The notes below the pieces were generated by a model that saw nothing but the letters and a program-made list of their open reading frames with translations, did no database searches and was not told where the DNA came from. The translations under genes were made by a program, and so were the position numbers. Below, one piece after another: positions 36,719-46,441 of a stretch of DNA of 64,000 nucleotides. Within the stretch, counting starts at the first letter, position 1. The number at the start of each line of letters is the position of its first letter. This DNA comes from Entomortierella parvispora E1425 (Eukaryota; Fungi; Mortierellomycota). Location of the stretch: NCBI GenBank assembly GCA_020891255.1, contig BQFW01000015.1, forward strand, positions 1,550,001-1,614,000. Reading direction: 5' to 3'.

Positions 36719-38181
36719 ATGAAGGCTTCCACCTCCATACTGATCGCGAGCACCATTGCGTTCGCTTCAACCATCTACGCCGCCCGCCCTACCTTTCTCA
36801 ACCGTGCCGGGAATGTTGCAGAGGCAATCTCATGTCTTTCTTCGTAAGAGCTCTCTCTCGTTCTTTCTTTCGATTGACAACCCCTCATCCTCCTTGCCGT
36901 TATTTACGTGTTTTTTCCTGAATGTCGGTCAGTATCTTCTTGAACCCCATGAACTTGGGTTCACTTGCGCTCACTGACTGTCAATCAAAGCTTAGTGTAA
37001 GTAGCAGATCCATGCCAACCAAAAAAAAAAAAAAAAAAAAAAAAGGTTCTGCAGGGACTGACCCATCTTTTCACCTTTTAAAAAACAGCAAGATATTGGG
37101 TTGGTCAAGAGCACCTCTCTGAACCATCTGGAGTTTGACTTGAGCGGCGAATCTCCAACGATCACGTCGAATGATATCAAAGTTGAGCTCATGTCGTTTC
37201 TTCGACTCCCTTCAATGCCTGTCAGCCGTGCCAGGCTCCATGTAAAACGAGATCATCATTCAACGTTTGACGTCTGCACTTTCTTTCATCTTGCTTTTAA
37301 TCCCTTTTGCTAATCCTCCTTTTTCGTTCATCTCTCTGTCGTGTCTCATCGCTGGGTTCAGATGATTCTCAATGTAATGTCAAAGTCAGCGTGGTCCCGT
37401 TCTTCTCACATTTGCAGGTGTCCTCTCTAACCGTTTCAATCATCTATATATCCTTTTTCCAAAGGATGGTACCACTGTCATGGGGACGTCCTCTTCAAAG
37501 TGGTCACCCACCAGAATGGACGGCTTCTCACTCGAGATGGTCTATCCTACTACCCCTCTCATTATTACTGAAGAACAGAGGCCTGCCTTTATTGCCTTCC
37601 TTGCTGCCCTGACTACAGGCGGGTCGCGTACAATCTTGATCACTGGCAAAGCCGACGTGGAATTGTCCCTCTCCATTACGGATGCTCTCAGCGCGATTCC
37701 TATTCCTTTCGGTCTCAAAGCTCCTACTGTGGCGACCAAGATTATACCTTTGCTGGGTGTGGGTATCTCTACCCCTATTACTGTGAAGGGCATGCACAAC
37801 CTTGGCGGAGTGGCTCATGGCAACTTGGACACTCTCTCAACAATCCAGATAAGCGCCACGGGGGAACGCTCGATTCATGGCCAAATTGTGATCACCAGCC
37901 CCACGGATGTCTTGGTGCATTTGGGTGATATTGATCTTCAAGTATGGTCCAAGGACGCGCAGCCAGAGTTCTTGGGCATTGGGACGGTGGAGAATCTGAG
38001 CCTTGCACCTGGCGCAGAAACATACAATTTTATCCTCAAGATCGATGCTGCCATTCAACTCGACAAGTACTACCCAGTCAAGGCTGGATTGACGGTGTCG
38101 GCTAATGGATTTGCTGGTTCGTCCAAGAATGTCATTGTGAATGGTGTCGTGGCAGGTCTCAAGTTTGACATAGTATTCTAG
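36719..38181 (+). CDS. Secreted DUF3712-type protein, multi-exon
   Basis: Signal peptide MKASTSILIASTIAFASTIYA. Later exons read FIAFLAAL...ITGKADVEL...ITVKGMHNL...SPTDVLVHLGDIDLQV...LGIGTVENLSLAPG, typical of DUF3712 repeats. Confidence 0.6.
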
Positions 38182-38581
38182 GAAAGGGAGTTTGAGAAAA
38201 AAAAAAGGCAAACGAATGTTGTGTCTCTACATATATCTTAATAAATCTTGTCCTGCATTGCTAACATATACAAACACACACACACATACATTGCAAATCT
38301 CTGTTCCTGTTCTTGTCGTCTCCACCGTCGCCGCCACAGCTGGTCGTAGCAAAAGAGCGCGTCTGTAATGCATCGCCCCCATGCATGCAAATCTAGCACC
38401 TTTGGAAACACGTCACTTTGAGTCTAAGCCACCCAGCCAGAAAACATGTCTCCTGCCCTGTCTCGCGCTGTCATCACAACGCATTGGACCCAGGGACAGC
38501 ATTCGTTTCGTTTCGTTCTACTGTACTTCATCCATCCACAACACCCATCCCCTTCCCCTTCCTCTCCTCAGGACAACAACA

Positions 38582-40414
38582 ATGTTTTGTGCTAGTAAGA
38601 ATCCTGCCACCTTGAGGCCGCGATCGTGGATCATTCATTCATTTTTTCACCGAGATCTCTCTCTAACCGCATTCTTTTGTCTTGATTGGTGATGGAAATA
38701 AACAATCAGTTTCTGGTGAGGCCCCCGAGCACCCCGTGGTGTCCAAGAAGAGCGGTCAGGTCTATGAGCGCCGCTTGATCGTCAAGTACATTGAAGACAA
38801 CAACAAGGATCCCGTCACTGGCGAGGAGCTTTCAGTCGAGGATCTTTTGGACATCAAGTCCTGTAAGTCCTTTTTTATTTTGTTTTTTCAAACACTACCT
38901 TGAGGAGGAGACAGAGAAACAAGGAAACTAACGAGTTGGCGAACCATTCGTTCCCCTTTCCTTGAATTAGCCCCCAGCACGGTCAAGCCCCGCCCTCCCA
39001 ACATGACCTCGATCCCCTCGATCCTCTCGGTCCTCCAGAACGAATGGGACTCGATCATGCTCGAGACCTTCACGATGAAGCAGCAATACCAGCAGGTTAG
39101 ACAGGAGCTCAGCCACGCTCTTTACCAGCACGATGCTGCTTGCAGAGTCATTGCTCGTTTGATGAAGGAGCGCGATGCTGCCCGCGAGTAAGTCTACCAC
39201 TATTCTCTTACATAAGAGACATGAACTCGATCACTAGTGATTTCCCAATGTCTAATGAGATGACCATTTTTCATTGGTCTATTAGGGCTCTTGCCAACGT
39301 CCAGGCTCATATCGGTACACAGGCACCTTCGGCAGTGGAGGATGTGAACATGGAGGATTCGGCGGCTTCTTCAGGAATGATCTCAAAGGAGGCTCGGGAG
39401 AAGATTGAGGCAACGACTGCGATCTTGTCCCAGAACCGGAGGCGCAAGCCCAAGGTCACTGCGGAGCAGGTTCAGACCTACAGCCAGCGCAAAGTCTTCC
39501 CTGGACTTCATGCTGCCCGTACACCCGGTATCACTGCTTTGGACATCTCTCTGGATCAGAACAAGAGCGATTTGATCTTGACTGGAGGACAGGATAAGAA
39601 CGCCATGGTCTTTAGTCAATCAGAGGAGAAGGTTGTGTCAACATTGAAGGGACATGGCAAGAAGATCACGCACGTTGCCTGGAATGAGCAGGAGAACCTC
39701 GAGCACGACGTTGTTTTGACCTCGTCGGAGGATCACACCGTCAAGATCTGGACAGCCTCCGGATCCAAGAGCGCCTACAGTGCTGCCCATACGATCAAGG
39801 CCCACGAGGCCTCTGTGACAGGATTGTGTGTCCACCCCACCAAGGCCTATGTTGCTTCGGCCTCGATGGATTCTACTTGGGCTTTCCATGACATTGAGAC
39901 TGGTTCGACCATGATGACGGCACAGTCTGGAGATGTGGTCAAGGGTTATAGTTCGGCTGCTTTCCACCCCGACGGTCTTTTGTTTGGCACAGGCACGGCA
40001 GAGTCAGGAGCAGTCAAGATCTGGGATATTCGTACCAAGGAGGCAGTGGCTAACTTTGAGGGTCACCACGGATCTGTGAGGACCATGACGTTCAGTGAAA
40101 ACGGTTATTTGATGGCGGCTGCTGGCGAGAACAACGAGGTCAGCATCTGGAACTTGAGAACCATGGATGTGGTGCAGAAGTTGCAGGTGGCTGAGGGTGG
40201 ACAGATCCAGTCTTTGGCCTGGGATCAATCTGGCACCTACTTGGGTGTGGGTGGTACCGATATTCGCATCTTCAAGGTCAAGACATGGAATGAGTTGGCC
40301 AACTTGACCGACAACACGGCCGAGATCACGAGCCTCAAGTTTGGACCCTTGGGTGACTACCTCGTTGCCGGTGGCATGGATCGCAGTCTCCGTGTTTTTG
40401 GAATCACCGAATAG
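38582..40414 (+). CDS. PRP19: Pre-mRNA processing factor 19 (U-box, coiled coil, WD40), multi-exon
   Basis: MFCA|[29 protein letters not shown]-box, [21 protein letters not shown] coil, and WD40 repeats. Confidence 0.97.
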
Positions 40415-40700
40415 ATAAACAAAACAACAACATTTTCAGTTCGTCGTTCGTCGCCTAGATCGATCAAAGAGTTCAAGAAATAACAGAGGAGAGAGAGAGA
40501 GAGAGTAAAGATACAACCTGCAATAAATAATTGAAACCAGAACTTGTCTTATTCTCTAGTTTTTTCTTGGGAGAGAGATCGACCGCACGGCGGGTGGCGG
40601 ATCCTCAATTGCAAAGCTCGCCTCAGTCCTGTGCTCAAAAAAAAAAAAAAAAAAAAAAAAAAAATCGCAAACAAGATTCCATATTTGGTGTTTGCTGCAT

Positions 40701-40810
40701 GCTTCGCGAAAGACTTCGCAAAGCGTTCATTCTTAGAACTGCTTCGCGAAATGTTTCGTGAAAGACTTTGCAAAGCGTTCATTCTTTGATTTGCTTCGCG
40801 AAATTTTTCT
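40701..40810. repeat. Imperfect tandem repeat (40-bp, 52-bp and partial units) built on the palindrome TTCGCGAA
   Basis: GCTTCGCGAAA begins at 40701, 40741 and 40793. The first two units share GACTT(C/T)GCAAAGCGTTCATTCTT. Confidence 0.85.
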
Positions 40811-41441
40811 TCTAGCAATTGCATCGCTTACAGAAAAGCTAGAGCGGCCAGAGTAGCTGCGCTGGAAAGATCTATTCTGTGGCGCTCCTCTGGTTAGGTC
40901 TTGCAAGACATCTAGCTGATGCTGACACCTGGCACCAGCACCAGAGAAGAGAAAAACATCGATCCTATTCGCTATTAATGTTCACGGTTCGGTCTCCAAA
41001 AAAAGATGTTTGTGTTTGAGGAATCCACCAGGCTTGAGACCCAAGAATCTTTTGGGCAATGAATGACCTCCATGGTCCAGCAAGAGTCAAAGGTATAATA
41101 ATGCTGCCGAGATCTTGTAAAACAGCTTTAAATTGTCTGCTGCCAACATTGAACCGTTGCTTTGCCTTCAGCTTTGCATACAACCTCGCCATGACCTTTG
41201 TGCCTCCTCAAAAACTGTATATCAACCTCTTCTGTGGAGAAAACCCATAAAGTCTCTGATCATTAAGTGGAGTCGCAAGGTGAACATTTATATATGGATA
41301 TTTTTTTTTGTACAATGAGGTGCCTCGACTACAAATGATGACGGAAGATGCGGTAGATGGTTGAGAGTGTGGGGTGAATGCAAAATTAAACAGGGACTAC
41401 AAGAGGGGAGAGAAACGAAACTTGGTCATAGAATCAATAAT

Positions 41442-43247
41442 CTATGAGAAGAGACGCTTGGTGTAGCTGTGCAATGAGTGCACACCACCCTCAGCCTGAG
41501 CGGCAGCGGTACGGCGCTCGAAGCGGACGGAACCGGCACGCATACCGTCCTTCATGGCCTCAATGCTGTCGACACCAATATCTTGGAGCGAGTGCTGGAG
41601 ACCAGTGTAGAGGTAAGGGACAAACTTCTTGATCGAACCCTTGTCGACAACGGATCCGGAGACACCCTGGGCGACCTTGACAGAGTCGGACTCGGAGTAG
41701 TAACGCTTGGTGGAGCCGTTACCGCCGTCACCGGCCTTCTCCATGGCATCGAGGGATCCCATACCGCGGTACTTCTTGAGACGCTGACCGTCCAAGTAGA
41801 AGTACTCACCGGGGGACTCGGTGGTACCGGCCAAGAGACCGCCCATCATGACACCAGAGGCACCGAGGGCCAAAGCCTTGGTGATGTGACCAATGTTACC
41901 GATACCGCCATCAGCAATGACGGGGACACCGTACTTGGAGGCGAACTGGGCAACCTTGTAGACGGCGGTACCCTGGGGACGACCGCAGGCCATGACCTCC
42001 TGGGTGATGCAGATGGAGCCAGAGCCCATACCGACACGGAGACCATCGGCACCGGCGGCAATGAGGCGAGCAGCCTGCTCCCAGACAACGACGTTACCGG
42101 CAATGACCTCCAAGTCAGGGAAGGTGGCCTTGATCCACTTGATCATATCGATCTGGAAGGAGGAGTTGCCCTGGGACGAATCCAAGACGACAACATCCAA
42201 TCCAGCGGCAACCAAGAGGGCGAGACGATCGCGATCATCGGGGCGGGTTCCGATGGCAGCACCGCAGAGCAATTGCTTGGACTTTGCGGCCTTGCTGGCC
42301 AAGGGGAAGTTCTGGTTCTTGAGGAGATCGGAACGGGCGAGGAGAGAGCAGAGCTCACCCTTGGAGTTGACGACGGGCAACTTGCCCTTCTTGGACTCGC
42401 AAAGGATCTTGTTGGCCTCCTCGAGGGTGACACCCTCGTTGGCAATGACGAGATCGGTGGTCATGCAAGACTTGAGGGTGGCGGTGTGGTCGTTGACAAA
42501 CTGAATGTCACGAGCAGTGACGATACCGACGAGCTTGGAGCCGAGCTTTCCGTTCTCGGTGATGGGGATGCCGCAGAAACCAAACTTCTCCTTGATGGCC
42601 AAGACATCGGCGACGGTGTGGTTCTCGGTCAAGCAGATGGGGTCGGTGATGAAGCCGTTCTCGAACTTCTTGACCTTGCGGACCATCTCGGCCTGCTGCT
42701 CGGGGGTGCAGTTGTGGTGGATGATACCAATGCCTCCAAGCAACTATGTCAAAAAAGATAGAGTTTTGGTCAGAAACGAGAGCGATTGAGAAAAACATTT
42801 ACGGTGCTTGCCCGATAAAGAAATTTGCGGGGAAACAGAGCGAGAAAAACATGCGCGCTACGACCACCTTGCAGGCAAAAGCAGGCCACGCCACCCCCAA
42901 GGTTGTGTTGTGCAACACTTGTCATGTCATGTCCTATTCAGAATGGCATGTGCACTTACTGCCATGGCAATAGCCATCTCGGTCTCGGTGACAGTGTCCA
43001 TGGGCGACGAGATGAAGGGGGTCTTGAGGGTGATGCGCTTGGTGATCCTGGACTCGAGCTGGACGGCATGAGCCTGGAAGTTGATGAATCCGGGAAGGAT
43101 CAAAAAGTCATTGTAGGTGAGGCCACCCTGGGTGACAGAGTCCATCAACTCCTCGGCCGAGAGACCGTCGCGACGGTTCTTGGTACCGCAGTGCTCGAGC
43201 TCTTGGAGAGCGAGGGTGTGATCGGGGTACTGGGCTTGGACGGTCAT
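41442..43247 (-). CDS. IMD: Inosine-5'-monophosphate dehydrogenase; intron ~42745-42958
   Basis: [20 protein letters not shown], two CBS domains, catalytic [12 protein letters not shown] loop, KKYRGMGS, and C-terminal HSYTKRLF. Strong codon bias. Confidence 0.98.
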
Positions 43248-43676
43248 GCTTGCTTGCTTGCTTGAGGACGGAAGAGAGTGCGTTCTTGCAGAGGTCTTGA
43301 AGCAGACGGGGAGGTGGTGGACGGGGGGAAGGAGGAGGAAGATAACCAAATCGAAAGAAGACCGAAAACCAAAACCAGAAAAACAAAAAAGAGAAAACCC
43401 AAGAAAAAGGACGAGCGAGAAATCGCCCTCTCTTTATACTCGCCGTTGCGACGTCGTGAGCAGCGCAGGACTGCCCTTTTTTTTTCTTTTTTTTTTCTCT
43501 TTAAGGTTGTGCAAGCCACCCACGTACACAACATTACAAATGCCGACCACGTATCGTGGAACCCCTTTGATTCTCGTCACGTGGCTGATTTTTGGTGGCA
43601 ACAGGTTTTCTTTCTTTTTTTCCGCTGATCACACTCACCCTCTCATTCACGTTCCATCGTAGCACCATCGCCGAGC

Positions 43677-44732
43677 ATGCGCGTTACGAGCCAATGGCCC
43701 TTGCTGAGGCAATGCACCTTCAGACATGCACTTATACCCGTCCCCACTCCCGTCCTACCAGCCAGGAATCTGGCCCATTGCACGCCAATCCAGCGAGTGA
43801 CTCCGTTATACACCAACTCTTCTTTGTCCACTTCTTTTTCGCCCAAGCCCTCTCTTCTTGGGTGTCTTTCTTCGTCCCAAAGCTTCTTCTCCACAACCTC
43901 CATCTCCTCCAAGGATTCAAATTCAACCCCTCCTCTTTGGACCCGTAGCGATGACAGGCTGCTCTCCAGTCTTCGCAAGAAGGCGACCACCTTGGCCGAG
44001 ATCCAGATCTACATGCCCCATCAGCCAATCAGCGTCTTGGAGGCCAAGCTGCAAGAGCTCGAAACGAAATCTGCATCCTCGATCGCTGGCGTTAAAAAGA
44101 GACCGACTTTTCAAAGGTGGACTCCCGAAGAGGACAAGCAACTGTTGAAGGCCGTCGATGAGTTTGGCAATGAGGGCCACTGGACTGAAATCTCGGATCT
44201 GTATTTTCTGGAAGGGAGCAGCAGCAGTAACAGCCAGACGGGCCAGGGCATCCAAAAGAAGACAACGAGCCGTAGCCCCAGGTCTTGTCATCTTCGGTGG
44301 AAGTTTTTACAGTCGGAATCAGGGTTCCGGCAAGGTCCGTGGTCAGCAGAGGAACTCGAGCTCTTTCAGGAACTCGTGCACACGGCACCCCGACCTTCAG
44401 ACGAATCTTTTCTAAACACGGAGGGCGAAGAGGAGACGTCGGCAGTCCTCAATGATTGGGATGCCATCTCTGAGGCCATTGGCACCCGGAGTCCGGCACA
44501 GTGTTACTCTCAGTTCAAGACGGTGATGCATTCGGGCCACAAGGGCAAGTGGACAGTGGATGAAGTGAACAAGCTTCTAGAAGCCAGGGAGCTGTACGGC
44601 GGTGATTGGCAAAAAGTATCCAAGCATGTAGGAACCAGAGCACCAGGACAGGTCCGACAGAAATGGAACCAGTTCTCGGAAGATGTTCTGAGACGGTTGG
44701 AGGCAAGGAGAGCCAAAGGTGGAAAACAATAA
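43677..44732 (+). CDS. Myb/SANT-repeat protein (3 clear repeats plus 1 degenerate) with an N-terminal mitochondrial-presequence-like region
   Basis: Repeats WTPEEDKQLL...W...RSPRSCHLRW, GPWSAEE...W...GTRSPAQC and GKWTVDE...GGDWQKVS...GTRAPGQVRQKW. The first ~79 aa contain no acidic residues. Confidence 0.85.
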   Translation: MRVTSQWPLLRQCTFRHALIPVPTPVLPARNLAHCTPIQRVTPLYTNSSLSTSFSPKPSLLGCLSSSQSFFSTTSISSKDSNSTPPLWTRSDDRLLSSLRKKATTLAEIQIYMPHQPISVLEAKLQELETKSASSIAGVKKRPTFQRWTPEEDKQLLKAVDEFGNEGHWTEISDLYFLEGSSSSNSQTGQGIQKKTTSRSPRSCHLRWKFLQSESGFRQGPWSAEELELFQELVHTAPRPSDESFLNTEGEEETSAVLNDWDAISEAIGTRSPAQCYSQFKTVMHSGHKGKWTVDEVNKLLEARELYGGDWQKVSKHVGTRAPGQVRQKWNQFSEDVLRRLEARRAKGGKQ

Positions 44733-44921
44733 CGCCCACGGCTGTTGCACACACCATAATCTTGTGGCAGTGTACATGTTCAACATGAATAAAAGAGGCC
44801 TTGCACTCTTTTCCATTTTTTTTTCTTCTTATTTTTCTTTTGCACCCTTCCCTTTGCTCCTTTCCTTTGCCCTTCCCCCTTCCCCCTTCCACCAGCCTCA
44901 GGCCTCTAGCTCTTTCTTATC

Positions 44922-46340
44922 ATGGAGGCTACAACCACGACTGCAGTCCAGAAAGCCCTGCGAATACCCGAGATTGTGTATGCCATTGTACCGTGCCTGT
45001 GGGAATACGACAAACAACGACAACCCCGGCTGTGTTCCCTGGTCCTTGTCTGTAAGGATCTTCACGAAATCTGCACTCCACTTCTCTGGCGCAATATTGA
45101 CCTCACCAGCAGGGGCTTTGAGTCCATTAAGCCTTTCTCATTTTCGATACCAAGCAAGTACTCTCTTGTGGAGCCCAGGCATCATCGTCGTCGTCAGAAA
45201 CTGACTGTTTGTTGGTTCAAACAAGGTCTTCGGAAATATGGATCCTTGGTCCGATCCATTAATTGCAATGAGCTGCGGGAGGGCAGATATTCACATCTCT
45301 TCAGCGCACGATCCCAGGAGGACGAGCGGATGCGCTTGAAGAAAAGTGGTGCGTTGTCTCCATCCGCCAAAAATGCAGAAAAGAGGGCAAAGCACACTGG
45401 CGCAAGAAAGTGGGTTCTCCCGGGAGATCTTCCAGCATACGATTTCGAGGGTGATACCGATGACGACGAGATGGAGGACAAGCTCCTCAGCAGCGAGGAC
45501 CTTCCAAAGGATGACGGAGGAGTGAAATTCCGAACTTGGATCCTCAAGTTCTGTCCGAATCTGGAGCACATCTCTATATCCCATTCTAGTAGCGGTATGG
45601 ATATTTATCGACCCTTCTTTGTTGAAGCTGCAAAGAGGACGATGCTATCGTCCATCTCGATCGGGATCGAAGATAGAGATGGTCGTTATTCATATTCTGG
45701 AGGCACCTTGACCGACTTTTTTGAATCCCTCACAGGGAGCATGAAGAGCAACGGTTCCATGGAGAGCCCTCCCAACAAGCTGCCCGGCGACACGAATGTC
45801 TCTACCATGGACACAGCCAAGGATGTCACGATTAGCAAAAGTAGTGCATATCCGCGAGCAGGGCGACTTCTCACACTTTCCATGGAGGATCACTCATACT
45901 ATGAAGGTGGCGATGATCGTCAAGGGAAACAACAATGGTCCCACGTCATTCGCATGTTGGACACACACCCAAGCCTTCAATCGCTCAGGTTGTATGGTTT
46001 CGATTTTACGGGGACGTGGGTTTCCAAATCTTCATACCCGGCCATGCAAAGTGTCCAGATCAACTTTGAAAATTTCAATGAGAAGCACCTCTCTCCCTTT
46101 CTTTCACTTTTCCCCAACCTCGAGATCCTGGATTTCAAGCTTCAGAACATGTCCATGAAGAGAACCCTGGCGATAGTTAGCCAACATTGCCCTTGTGTAT
46201 ATGACTTGGATATATTTGCGTTACACGCTCTAGAATTTTGTCACGTCAGTGACTTTCAACAGTCCTTACCCCACCTCAAGAGACTCCTTGTGACAATAAG
46301 AGGCAAATGCAAATACAACTGGGTCGCGCCCAATGCCTAG
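44922..46340 (+). CDS. F-box-like / RNI-like leucine-rich repeat protein
   Basis: ALRIPEIVYAIVPCL...LVLVCKDLHEICTPLLWRNIDL N-terminus and LRR-like motifs (CPNLEHISI, FPNLEILDF, LPHLKRLLV). Single exon. Confidence 0.8.
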   Translation: MEATTTTAVQKALRIPEIVYAIVPCLWEYDKQRQPRLCSLVLVCKDLHEICTPLLWRNIDLTSRGFESIKPFSFSIPSKYSLVEPRHHRRRQKLTVCWFKQGLRKYGSLVRSINCNELREGRYSHLFSARSQEDERMRLKKSGALSPSAKNAEKRAKHTGARKWVLPGDLPAYDFEGDTDDDEMEDKLLSSEDLPKDDGGVKFRTWILKFCPNLEHISISHSSSGMDIYRPFFVEAAKRTMLSSISIGIEDRDGRYSYSGGTLTDFFESLTGSMKSNGSMESPPNKLPGDTNVSTMDTAKDVTISKSSAYPRAGRLLTLSMEDHSYYEGGDDRQGKQQWSHVIRMLDTHPSLQSLRLYGFDFTGTWVSKSSYPAMQSVQINFENFNEKHLSPFLSLFPNLEILDFKLQNMSMKRTLAIVSQHCPCVYDLDIFALHALEFCHVSDFQQSLPHLKRLLVTIRGKCKYNWVAPNA

Positions 46341-46441
46341 TTTCTGCGATTTATTTGGAGGCTCGATTGTCAGAGCAAGAGAATAAGGAGGAAAAAATAA
46401 AATAAAAAGAGCCACGGGTACGCTCTTCCTCTCTTTCATAT

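Noticed and set aside
41478-42761. 427-aa antisense ORF over IMPDH
   Set aside because: It mirrors the IMPDH frame and is explained by strong C/G-ending codon bias of a highly expressed gene. It has no recognisable motifs.
41442-43247. IMPDH as a mycophenolic-acid self-resistance gene
   Set aside because: It has the ordinary KKYRGMG (Tyr) signature and no PKS or prenyltransferase genes nearby, so it looks like the housekeeping copy.
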